From Tubulanus polymorphus (taxonomy: Eukaryota > Animalia > Nemertea): a stretch of 64,000 bases of DNA. The notes beneath the pieces are model-generated. The model was not told the origin of the DNA. It searched no databases and saw nothing but the letters and a program-made list of their open reading frames with translations. How positions within the stretch are numbered: position 1 is the stretch's first letter; each line of letters begins with the position of its first letter. The position numbers and the translations under genes were made by a program. The stretch spans positions 1,860,001 through 1,924,000 of the forward strand of contig NC_134031.1 of NCBI RefSeq assembly GCF_964204645.1, given 5' to 3'. Shown piece by piece: positions 15,233 through 48,003 of this stretch.

Positions 15233-17206
15233 TTTTTCGATCAACCCACGTTGAAGCTGATCTCTAGTACTAGCCACGGAAATAGATTTTATTGACTCGG
15301 ATTATCTATGATCAAGTCTTCGTATATAGCGAGATAATCCAGATTAAACTCAGTATAATCCGTAATCCATAATTTGAGCGTGAAATGTTTGTTTGGTTTT
15401 TTGGCCGGGCTTATTGAATTACGTGCATCGTAGAAGATGAAACGAATGATGCAATTAGTAAAATACTTTGATGATGATGATGATGATGAGTAATATATGA
15501 CTGATTGAGTGTCTATAGTTGTACATTTCATCTGCCGTGTAACAAAAATCATTAGCGATGACGATATTTATATTTCTGTATAATAAATGTGTACAATTTG
15601 TGTATTATAGCAAATATCAGATTTATTTTTGTTGTGGTTTCAAGTCTTTGTTTTCTTCAGGTCAGTTTTATAGATTGGGTATCCAAGTTACCCTAAGGGG
15701 TAAATCATCGACCTGGTTGAGAACTACCATAACTTGAATACAGTATGAAATGGATTAGAAATTGATGTTTCAATTCAACATCTGTACTGGTGAGTAACAC
15801 TTATACCAGGTATGAAGGTACTACTAAAATTGACTCCAAACTAGGTTGAAATAGATATTGGTTTATCGACCACCAGGGTATCATTGTGTAGTTTGGTAGG
15901 TTATAAACCCAAAGGTTTTTTCTGTGGAATATGTATAGCTGATCATGAAACTAAACACAGTCCAGTAACTGACTAGACCCAACATTAGCGGCTGTCTGTG
16001 GTAATACATGTACATTGTATTCAGTCACGAGGAATGAAGACTTATATTATAAGAGCTTTTGTTGTGTTGTTTGTGTAACTGGTCACTTAATCATATATAA
16101 CAGTACCTATATGAATTAGCATGACCACTGTATATAATGCATGTAGTATGGCTAAAGCTCCGTTTGGTCATTTTCCAGTTGAAAGATTTTGTATGGATTT
16201 CATATGTTCAGTCTTTTAACCCAGACAGTGAGTTGACTTAGACCATGGGGCACGTGTTGGTCTAAACATCACTTAGGGTGGGAATCCAGGTTGTAGTAGA
16301 TAGCCCAAACACTGAAGTACAAGGGTATAGATGATCAGTCTTATTGGCAAAAACAATGAAATCGCAACTTGGGTGAATTTTCATTCATTTATTCAACTGG
16401 ATTGCAATAGCAATAATTCTATTGTAAGCTTTTAATACAATTCATAACTGGTGACGGCAATCGTTTATATATAGAAACTAACTTCCATTCTTTCTCCAAA
16501 ATACTCGGGTGACATCATAATCAATTAACAACCCAATCTTAATTAACCAACCTTAATTACTTAGTTCGTAAAGCAAACAGATGTGAAGACATATATCATG
16601 TATATACATGTAAGGGTTTGTGTCACAAGTTTAAAAAAGACAACCTGGTTTTTTTTTCCCTTTCGAAAAAGTGGAGTCGGCACAGCACACTCACTCGGCA
16701 AACACTGCATTTCAATAATACAATCATTACGCGCAATAATAGTGAATTACAGTAGACTCTAGGTCTAATAATACTTCCTTAACAATATCAGATAAGTCAA
16801 TAATAGCCCTAGGAGACTTCTGCGGTGAAGCTAAAATTCATTTTACAATTGATTTTTTGAAGTAGCTTTTACATAATTCTTAAAATCAGCGGCCAGTTCC
16901 ATTTGTCGACTCTAAAACATTGAAAATGAACTAATCTGTAAAAATGAACTAAACTGTAAAATGTAAGAAGTGGAACTGGGTTATGTAATAGATGGCGTTT
17001 TTATTTTGTAGGTAAATGCCGAAAAAAATTATCACAGCTTTCGCTCTTAATGAATATCGTTAATGTATTTGATCAGAATCTAGATATAGACTCGGTTTGA
17101 TCGAACTATGAAAGAGCAGTTCCTTACACGAAACTCCTGCATTCATCGAAAATGTAAGGAACGCAATTTCAAGTGAAAATTCACTGAAATTACAATCTAC
17201 TGATAA

Positions 17207-17601
17207 ACTACTGCTTCGGCTGGTTTTTCTCAGAAAACAGAACACCTGTATATTTCCTTCTTATTAGCCAAAATCACTGATGTGGTTTGTATATCGGGGC
17301 TTGCTTGTATAATACAGGATTCTTAAGTAGACAAATTGCCAAAGGGTGATTATAATATTCAGAACAAATTTACTGGCTTTCGATACTTGTTTCAAGTGAA
17401 CAGATACTACTGCTTCCGCTGGTTTTTCTCAGACCAGAACATCTGTATATTTCCTTGTTACTAGCCTATCACTGATGTGGGGCCGTATATCGGGGCTTGC
17501 CTGTACGATACAGGATTCTTAAGAAGACAAATTTCCAAAGGGTGACTATAATATTCAGAACAAATTTACTGGCTTTCGATACTTGTTTCAAGTAAACAGA
17601 T
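17207..17601. repeat. Tandem duplication, two diverged copies of about 199 bp
   Basis: ACTACTGCTTC...AGAACAAATTTACTGGCTTTCGATACTTGTTTCAAGT repeated at 17207 and 17406. Confidence 0.85.
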
Positions 17602-18404
17602 TAGCTGAGATGTGTTAGTTTCGGACAATATAGAAATACTCGTCGCCTAAAAACAACACAAACAAATTATGAGTAAAATAAACACTTTTCAAAATCAGCA
17701 GCAGCACCTTTATGTGTGGAAAGTGTGGGTTTCATGGCGGACGGAATTTCTGGATCACAGATCATTAAATAACAATAATAATTATTATATAATAGTAATA
17801 ATAATAATAATACATGTACAACCTTCATTTTCAATCAGCTCCAATTCAAAACTGGATCCCGGATTTTTTAAAACTATTTACATATGGAAAAAATATCTAT
17901 ATGTGAAATATTTATATCAGAAAAATCGTTAATACAATCGATATATACAAAACAACGGACAAACTAAATACAGATATAAACCTATTTATTTCAATGACAC
18001 GATGGTTAGAGTCGACTTTGAAAAACGAAAAAAAAAAATCATCTGGAATTAAAACATTAAAGCAAAACAATAAACTTGTGTCAATCGCGAGAAAATTGCC
18101 GTGCAAAATCGATACTGTCGGTTTATCGTTATATCAGCAGTTTATTTTTCGAACGGAACGTAAAAAAATTCTTCAGAAAAACGAAGACTTTAAACTACGG
18201 AAAAAGAAGCAATTTTTTTCGCGAGAGGCGAAAAATGTATGTACAAAAATACGATTTCAAAAAATTAATCGAAATCGCAAGATTTTTAGATTTTTTTCAA
18301 AAGTTTTCAATTACTTTGCGTGAATGAAATATTCAGCGAGTTTTCAAACAAAAAAAAAAAGAAACCAAAATGAAAGTAGATATTTTAAAGTAGAATCGTG
18401 TTTT

Positions 18405-21400
18405 CTAAACGGTGGCGCCCATACTCCATCGATGTCCGGATTTATTACGACGTAGACGCACGACGCTGGAATCGATATCCTGAGCGATTCGTTTATCTCG
18501 TAGATTATCTTTCAGTCGTAGATGAGCGAGTTTCAATAGACCGATGTTCTGACTGGTCGCAGTCAATGATTCCAACAGTCCATTACCACCCTATAATAGA
18601 CAAAAATACGCTCGATCTATCGGAATCTCAATGTTTCAGGTAACAGCGTGGCCATTCTCGTACTGATTCTTACCTGAATCACCTGCTGAGCCTCTGGTAA
18701 CTGATTTCCGGGATGACGTTGAAATACTCTAATAATCGGTCGATTTAAACGCTCTCTATTGACGAGATCGGAACTAGAAACCGGACCCTGAAATATCAAT
18801 CAGTATCGGTTACAATCAATGATTCCCGGCCCCCGGGTTCGAATCAGAGGTGATTTAACTTACCAGTGAAATATTACGAGCTTTCTCCGTAGTGTCGAAC
18901 CAGCGTTGAGCTCGGTGAATAGCATGGCGGTTCTCTCCAGCGCTTACTGATAAATGTTGCTGAGAAAATAAAAAAGAATGAAATATTTAAATGCTAAATA
19001 AAATTCCCTGATATTTCGCTGATATTCAGCGGTTTAGGTGATGTTTGTTCAACACTTACTCGAAGGGTTTCTGTTTCGGCTATTTTCTGGATCAGACCGT
19101 CGTTCACAGATTTGTGCGCCGCTTTCTGCAGACGTTCGGTTTTCTCGATCGCTTCGTTGAGATCGATTCTCAACATCTGAGATCTCTGACGGGCGTCGCG
19201 CGCTTCGTGCAGCGCCTGATCGGCCTCGGGACTGTACGAACCGAGCGGATCGACGGTCATATCGCGAGCAGTCTTCGATCCGCTCGCAGACATCCCCGAC
19301 CCGTTACGATCGGCCCTCGCGCTCAGCGATCCACTCGTACTTTTAAACAACGTATTACGCGTATTACGGTTGGCGTTTGCGGATTGTGATTTCATCGCGT
19401 GACAGATGAGATCGAGAACTCGAGATCGTTCTTGTAAACATGTCGCTAGTCGTTTACGAGCGTTATCCAATACCTGTAAATAAAATCAAACTTTCAAAAA
19501 AAATTTCAAAAAAACTTTTAACTTTCAAAAAATCAAACTTTCAGCTTCATTCAACAAATGAACTACCGGTAATAACTTATTTCAAATTCAACTGTCAATT
19601 TGGGGCTTGATCCCTTGTTAAAACTTGGACACATTAATTCTAGGTTACAAGCGTAGAATGTGTATTGAAAGTCATTTTAGGGAAATAGGACATTTGAAAA
19701 GAAAGTTTTCGGTTTCTCGGTCTATTCAACATTATGTTCAGCCTAAAGGCTGTGGGCTGTATAGAAAACAGCCGAAGGTATTTAGTCCTAAAAAAGGGCA
19801 CTTTCAAGAAGGGAAATAGATTTTTATTTCATTCTATCAAATGTTCATTACCAACTTCAGTGATTAGTAAGAATGATATGATTTCATGATGTAATGAAAG
19901 TAGAAGCTGAAGTGAAACCGGACCCCTGCACGCCCACCCGCCCGTCGTGGAACCGGACACCTGCACGCCCACCCGCCCGTCGTTGAACCGGACACCTGCA
20001 CGCCCACCCACCCGTCGTGGAACCGGACACCCGCACGCCCGCCCGTCGTTGAACCAGACACCTGCACGCCCGCCCACCCGTCGTTGAACCGGACACCCGC
20101 ATGCCCGTCGTGGAACCGGACATCTGCACGCCCACCCGCCCGTCGTGGAACCGGACACCTGCACGCCCACCCGCCCGTCATTGAACCGGACACCCGCACG
20201 CCCGCCCGTCATTGAACCAGACACCTGCACGCCCGCCTGCCCGTCGTCGTCCCGAACAGTAAAATGATTAATGTTTATACCTGTAATTGTTGTTGTACGA
20301 GGCGTAACTGTGCTTCCAATACACGCTTTAAATTCAGTAAATGTTGCCGTTCAGCGCTTAACAAATCATCAGCTCCGTCGGTATCCTGAAAAACAACAGA
20401 CCGACTTCATTTAAAATTCGCACACTTTTTCATTCAGAGATTCACCTCACGATTTGACTCCGGAACCAACTTCTTATGAATACTTCTTGGACTATACCTC
20501 ACTAGGCTATAACTCATATCATCATATCATATTCATTTCCCGAATAATTTACATCAATACATAATGAATTACTCAATTGCAGACCACAATCATTAACAGG
20601 AAAAAATTAAGAGTCCAGCGATGCTTCAACTCAATTCCATTTTCAAAACTGATTATTATGTATCCTGATCTTATCTGAGGATACAAAACTGAAAGTTAAG
20701 AGAGCACTTTTCACTGCACATATAATCCATATAGCAATTAGCGTTTGACTAATGAATATAATTAAACGATAATTGATTTTAAACTGTCAGTTGAATTAAC
20801 GAATGAATGAATAATAGATTACATGACAGCGACTGCAGCTACTGGTTTCATTTGATACTCGTGCAGTAGAGCAGTTTAGATTTCATACCGACGACATTCA
20901 TTGATCGAGCCAGGAATTCAAACCGACTGTGTGAAGTACAGTAAATACCGCCACAAACTGGCACCGGTAAAAATCAACAACAAAAAGAATATCCGAGTTA
21001 AAGATCGGAAAATAAGTAAGGAAGTAAAATAGTGATTGTAAATTGATCCATAATTGAGACGGTAAAATTTGTCAGAGTTAAACAAAAGTCATAGGAACTC
21101 GATCAGAATTATCCTTAATTTCTATAGTTGCACACATCGAAGCGGCAGTAAATAATAAATATGACTTTTGTTGATTGTCGGCAGCGATGTGTCAATAATT
21201 CAACGATCTACGACGCAATGTCCCAAGAGTTGATTAAAGCATAACCAGTTTCTATCAGCGGTTGAAATATCGTTCATATTTAATAATAGCCACAGAACTC
21301 GAATGTAAACAGATATTTCGCGAGCGTTTATAGGTAACTCGTCGGTCCTCGGCTGCTAATAGCAACCGAGGACAAATGGACCACTCGACAACCTCGTTTC

Positions 21401-24189
21401 CCAGCAACTACATCCTTTTGACAACTCGTGCTAAAAATATTATCGGCAATTCTGATTGAAAAGTTTACATTTAGTCGACACGTATTCGCGAAGTGCTTGA
21501 ATATATGTCTGAGAACTGAGATTTGAATTCAAACAGAAAATTGTTATCAGTGTTTCAAGAGTCCAGCTCAATTGATACTACCACTTTTTGAAATCGAATC
21601 AAATTCTAAACAGCGCAAACACATTAGCTCAAAGACTAACTGTGTTAACACGGGATTCTCGGCTAACGAAGTACCGGTATTTGTGTGGTACTGAATATGT
21701 CAAAATAAAGCGCTTCCAGAGCGAGTTCTTGATACAGCCCTGCCTCGAGTAATCTAACCGTATGAACACCGCTGCCAAGTAAGTTCCTCTCTGTCCTGTT
21801 AGTAACCCCTCTGTTTGGAAGTGATGAAATGAATCCAGTTTATGCAGCTCGATTGATTCTGGTTGCACACTTTCTGCTACTTATCGATTTAATAAGTGAT
21901 AATTAATTGTATTACAGTTGACTTCACGGGCAACAGAAGGTTTACAGCGAGTTCAAGCAGGATTAATTTACGACGGTGGTTTCATGTCGTTGTTCGAGGC
22001 AGGAAATGAATCGATATCGGTGAAAGTCTCATAATTCCTACTTACAGCGCGCGCTGTTACTGCTGCTTCAGGTTAGGCCTACCTAACACGGATCTATTGC
22101 CTTACTCTATTAAACCCATGCCAGGAACCAGTTCCACAACTAGTACCGCATTCAATTCTAGGGTCTGATTTAGGGAGGGGTACATATCACATGATAACAA
22201 GGGCACCGCGAAAGAAAGCTCATCAGAAAACATAAGCCTAACTCTTTTGAATGACAGAGAATAAGCGCATGGAATCTAAACTTTTATAGGCATCGGTTTG
22301 ATATTGTGCCATAAGAAATAGGGCAACTGGACATGGATCAACTGGACATGGATCAACTGGACATGGATCAACTCGACATGGATCAACTCGACATGGATCA
22401 ACTGGATCAAATATATATCCTTTTTGACAGGGGGCACAAAATATTCTCAAACTACAAATGCAAAATTTAAAAAAATGCCAGGGTTTCTTAAAAAGGCAAA
22501 ATCACCCAAACAGGTTGTTAATTCAATTCAGCAATGCATCGAAAAGGTTAAAAAAACTTGCACGGTGTCTCAGACAATAATAGTTCTTTGACAGAACTCA
22601 CAGTTAACAGTATTATTCCCAGTCTATACGATTAACACAAAGCGAATGACATTTAAATACAGACTTTATCAACTAAACCGTGGCCTACACACTGAACTGA
22701 ACCGTTATTAAACCTACTCAATTCACTGAACTCCTACGGCTTTAATACAGTAGCACTGTTTTCACAGTAGGCCTAACTGTGTTATTAGTCCTCCAGAAAG
22801 CTATCAATCAAAATCGCAATTTTACGATTGTAACTCCAATCTATCAATCAATTAATTCATTCCGTCAATGCATTCATTTTGTAATTAAAAATCTAACCCA
22901 CCGGGCAAAAATTCATAATTAAATAAAAATTGATTTTTACTAAATTCATCAATGATTAACTATAGGCCTTGTTTCTAGCCTCAAAACTCTTGCAAAAGGT
23001 TGATATTTTCTTTTCAATTGTAGATTCAATTCTTACAAGGTATAAACTCAGTTAAAATTTGGAACGATTTGATATGATTCCCGCTAGCCCAGTGCAGCCT
23101 ATCTTATTAGCAAACTTTATTTGATTATTCTACGTTTGGAATTGAGATTTGATATGAACTGAATCAATAGGCCCTATACTGGAAACTTGAAGAAGAATTG
23201 TAAACATGTTCAGCTCTGTAGATAAACCTCATAGGCCTCTAGGCCCAATCGATCATATTCTAATAAGGTGCCTTAGCTTTGAGATTATCAAACCATAAAT
23301 CAAAGCCTATTCTACAAAAATATTCCATAGTTCTAGTCTTTATTGGGTATTCGGCGATCTGAGGCTATGTTGTTATAAACACAAGACCTGCATGTGTGTC
23401 AAACAGTGTGACACATTGAGGCCCCCTGTGCCTTATAATTGTCCTCAAAGGCCAATAGGCCAATATAGTGACAAGACAAACTTCTTCGTTTCCGGACTTT
23501 CGTCTGCACAAATATTAAGCTATAATCTCAAAAATAATTTCTCCAACAGTCATTCAAAATCATTCATATAGGCCTACTTCAGTAAATTTTGAAATGCAAG
23601 AAAAATAATCATAACTTAACATTAAATAAAAATAATTCTAAAAGAAAAAGATTAGGCCTATAGGCCTATTATATAATTTCTTGGAATATAAACTTTAAAA
23701 AAGAAAGTTTTTAACTTAAATAAAAATGATTTTCTATTATCTAATCTTTGAAAACTAGCTTAAAATGTCAACTTGATTAATCTTCGATCAGAAGTCTCCA
23801 CGTACCTTTTCTCTACTTGGCCTGGTGGTTCGTATTTCGCTACTTTCACGGTTCAGTTGTAAATCTTTACGCTTGTGTTCGAGCGCTTTCTCCAGCGATT
23901 CTCTACCGCGCGTCAGCGATTTTATCTCCTCGTTTGTTTCCAGTAAACTTTCTCGCAGTCTCCCGACGACGGCCCGCGCCTCTCGGAAATATCGATGAGC
24001 TTCCACATTGCTCAACTCGATCAAAGTTTCTCGCAGATGCGGTAGCGGGTCTTGAACGCGTCCTATATCGCAGTTTTTATCGCTTCGTCCGACGACGGTT
24101 TGAGAAAGTTTTATGTCTTTTATCGTGGAATTTTTCCAGTTCTGAGGCCCGATAGTTGCGGTCCCGAGCGGGACAGTTTTCATTGCCAT
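18405..24189 (-). CDS. CCDC105: Tektin-like protein 1 / coiled-coil domain-containing protein 105 (about 432 aa)
   Basis: Exons 24189-23806, 20385-20281, 19473-19060, 18959-18864, 18787-18674, 18590-18405; all introns GT-AG and phase 0. Tektin-type coiled coils with RPSREK|DTDGADDLL. The C-terminal [23 protein letters not shown]...[10 protein letters not shown] matches the remembered CCDC105/TEKTL1 motif REKLDRPLVRxYQRHVGTQLPEA...VDGNVVRLR. Confidence 0.88.
19914..20250. repeat. GC-rich minisatellite, about 35-bp unit (27-35 bp variants), about 10 copies
   Basis: Unit GAACCGGACACCTGCACGCCCACCCGCCCGTCGT(T/G), in CCDC105 intron 2. Confidence 0.95.
21345..21408. promoter_or_regulatory. Pair of RFX X-box-like sites in CCDC105 intron 1
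   Basis: GCTGCTAATAGCAAC (21352-21366, centre of a 29-bp palindrome) and GTTTCCCAGCAAC (21396-21408). The X-box is the established RFX site of ciliary genes. Confidence 0.5.
22323..22409. repeat. 15-bp minisatellite, about 5.5 copies
   Basis: Unit CAACT(G/C)GACATGGAT. Confidence 0.9.
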
Positions 24190-24903
24190 TTTCGATTATA
24201 TTTCCATCAGCTGTCGCGCTCGGATATCGCCGGATTGTGACAGATCGAGTTAGCGTTGTTACTGTTTCCCCAGCGACGCCCTCCGACGATCGCTTCCGGG
24301 TCAAAATCCTCGCTCGCTGATTGGCTGATCGCAGTCAAAATGGTGGTCATCAACCAGGAAATCGAGAAAAGTCATCGAATTCTACACGATTTCTAGACTT
24401 TTAATTGTGAAGTCCGAATAATACAGGGCATCGATTTACCAGAAAGCTATCACCAAATCATATAGTTTATCTGAAATGGCTTTTTATAGACTGTCATAGT
24501 CAATAAACCGCTAAAACAACCGGTTTAACAGACGATTCACATCATCCGTATTTAACGCGAGCCCATCAGGAGCTAGCGCCGTCTACTATTGAATTCATTA
24601 TTCTACTCAATTTTTTTGAAAGTGACTTCTGCAGTTGCGAATTCAGATTTTCCGAGCAAGATAAATAATATCAATTGTCTCATGAGTCCAAGTTTCAATT
24701 TATTACTTGAGCCATTTTGCTTCAATAAAGCAATAATTTGATTGAATTTGAGGCGTTGAGAGAGACCGCCACTGACGAAATGACGTCATCAGTGGAAACT
24801 TCCTGGTCTCGGGGAATCCGGATGTGTTTGACGTTAGCTCCCGAATATATTTTTGACAGGCCGCGGTGACGACGGATTGATAATAAAAAAATTCGGCGAC
24901 GCG
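24190..24903. promoter_or_regulatory. Bidirectional promoter between CCDC105 and the taperin-like gene
   Basis: ATGs are about 715 bp apart, head to head. X-box-like GTTTCCCCAGCGAC (24264-24277), CCAAT box (CTGATTGG, about 24318), perfect CRE ATGACGTCAT (24780-24789), ETS-like ACTTCC and CCGGATGT. Confidence 0.6.
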
Positions 24904-45520
<20,617 letters not shown>

Positions 45521-45936
45521 GCATTACAAATACTCGGTATGATAGTTCGGATAAACATAAACCGCAATCACGCAGAAACAAGTCCAGATCAAACTGGTCG
45601 GGACTAGACCAGAGTCAAATTTGGTTTGTGCTTTATAAGAGAGCGCATTAACACATAAATCACTCACTTGTTACTAACATGTTATCGAAAAAGTGAGTGA
45701 TTTACAGAACAAGTGAATTTTGCGCCATGTTAAAATAGCACAGTCTCTCTTTGTGGAAATTCGGTGTGAAACCCTTAATAGAATAAAGCTATTAAGAATT
45801 TGGCCAAAGCTCACGACACAATTCTCTAAAACTAAGTTCTATTGGCAAAAGAATCCTATATGTACGCATAAGACTGTTTTAAAGACAAAAAATGTTGTTA
45901 ATCTATTGGATTCGTCAGAGCTGAATCAGTTGATAG

Positions 45937-45948
45937 TATTATTATTAA

Positions 45949-45992
<44 letters not shown>
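45937..45992. repeat. (TTA)n microsatellite in the probable taperin 3' UTR
   Basis: Run of TAT/TTA triplets. Confidence 0.9.
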
Positions 45993-45993
<1 letters not shown>

Positions 45994-46875
45994 CATTAAT
46001 ATAATTAAAGTGTTTTTTAACTATTTCCACTTATTACTGTTATACACAGCGACATAGACATGACAGTGTGGTGTGGTTGAGAGAGAGAGTGCGAGTGCGC
46101 GTTTACTTAGAAAGAAGGAAATTCTTTTAAGTTCATCGAAATGGAAAATTGTGTATAAAACAATTTGTTGACAAAGAAACATTTGACTTATCCTTTGAGC
46201 GTAAAGCCAGCCTGGGACACGCTAGAAGATTGCGGGTGCCTATAAGAGACGCCTGACCTTTTTGTTTCACTTTTTAATGTAGTCCGTGTCACAATTAAAG
46301 AAGTGTTTGACGTAGTTATTATGGCTTAGAAAAAAGTCTCGCGCAGATATTGAAAGTACGAGACAATTTCGGATGACGTATGGAGGGGATTTATCGAAAT
46401 CGAAAGAACGTCATTACTTTATCATTAATTGTATTGTAGAATACCCGGGGCCCGTTTCATGTTATGACTTAGCATCGATGAAAATGAAAGAATTGAAAGT
46501 CATTCTGCGAAACGCGCCCCTCTCGTCTTGTTATTCGTTCCAGCGATCGAATGAATACTATTTTCACAAAAAAAAGTTGTTCCTAGTTCTTCCAAACGTA
46601 CGTATACAAAGTCGTAACGAAACATAGAGATAGATTTCTATATAACGTGTTGTGCGAGTTTATGTAAAACAAAGGAAAAGTATTCTCAATGTATATATAT
46701 ACATGTATAGTGAACTCGTGTTTGTAAAGAAAGTAACAGTCTCGTTTTTTGTATGCATTCTTTTCATATACTCTTCAACTGTATATAGTGTCATATCCTC
46801 AATAGAAAACTTACAAGTATTTTAGAAGAAATCGAGCTGTCATTAAATGTCGATTCTGACTTTTTTTAAAGTCTG

Positions 46876-47005
46876 AGGCCAGTTGCTCATAAGTTGGTTA
46901 AAGATAACCCGAGGATAAATACCGCGGTAACAATGAAATTTAAATTGTCACTAAGTCAACTATCCACTTGTAAACTGTAACCAGCTTATGAGCTACTGAA
47001 GCCCC
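46876..47005. mobile_element. MITE, CAGTTGCTCA family (possibly PIF/Harbinger-like)
   Basis: Imperfect TIRs GGCCAGTTGCTCATAAG / CTTATGAGCTACTGAAGCCC. A second copy is at 14944-15232. Confidence 0.6.
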
Positions 47006-47839
47006 TGAACGGTTACCTCTGAGTTGAATGATTATGGTTATTTTTGAGTTGATGTGTTATCTCTGATCTGTGAATCGGTTGGATCTGACAGAGTCCCCGA
47101 TGTCGCGCTATGAATATTGCGTGATTGACAATATTTGTACAGAAATTCACTTACCACTATTTATTCAAAAAAAAATACTGAAATGTAAATATCGCGTTGT
47201 ATATATCACTGACTGTTGATCTTTCATCGGAGATCTGTTTTTAACTCTGAACAGTAGCTTTTTTAGTAATTTACGTAGCTTGAAAGTTCTACCTTGGCTT
47301 GAGAATGATTTTTGAAATGAGGATCTTACAATAACTGGTCTTACATATATATATGAATGTAACCAGAATTCTGATAAATATGTTTCAAATATCAAATCGC
47401 TGAAGAATGATAATTCTAATTTCAATTTCACTGTGAGGAGAGTTTTATGATTTATAAGTTTCCAAAAAATAATCATTCCATTTTCCACAAAATGTCATTC
47501 ACAAGACCAAAATTTATGAGTGATTGTTCATTTTGTTACTTTGATGAACAAATTTAGAGGTCTCTTCTATTCTATTGCGACCAAATTTATATTTCACACA
47601 TATCATGTATTTATTTAACTAGAAAGAGGTCAAGGTCGTTTGTTTGACATTCCTCGATAGCACTGTCAATGCAAATGTTTTGTGAACTGTTGAAATGTTG
47701 TGTCCAACAGTACAGATCACACAGGAAACACATTTTTCGGGATTCAGTTCCAAAATTGTGAGTCAAATGTTAACTGTTTGATAAGAATTTGTTCATTTTC
47801 AATGAGTTAATTTCGAATGAAATCATGGAAGCAGGTCCA

Positions 47840-48003
47840 CAGTGTTTTCAATAAGAAATTAAGCCAGGTCCCTTTGAAAAGCAGGAGGGTCCCCCCTATG
47901 TCACAGTCCCTGAAACAAAAGTTGGTTTGAAAAAAACAGGCGGGTCCTTTACAAACAACAGACAGGTCTGGGACCTGGGACCAGGCTCTTATTGAAAACA
48001 CTG
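47840..48003. mobile_element. Small TIR element, apparently nested in a CAGTTCCAC-family MITE (about 47740-48205)
   Basis: Inverted repeats CAGTGTTTTCAATAAGA / TCTTATTGAAAACACTG. Confidence 0.55.

Noticed and set aside
19829-20230. Three overlapping repetitive ORFs
   Set aside because: Artefacts of the 35-bp GC-rich minisatellite.
24853-24903. ORF-track start at TTG 24853, and read-through tails of the ORFs ending 27231, 62962 and 8600
   Set aside because: The family N-terminus begins at ATG 24904; the tails run past clear splice donors into introns.
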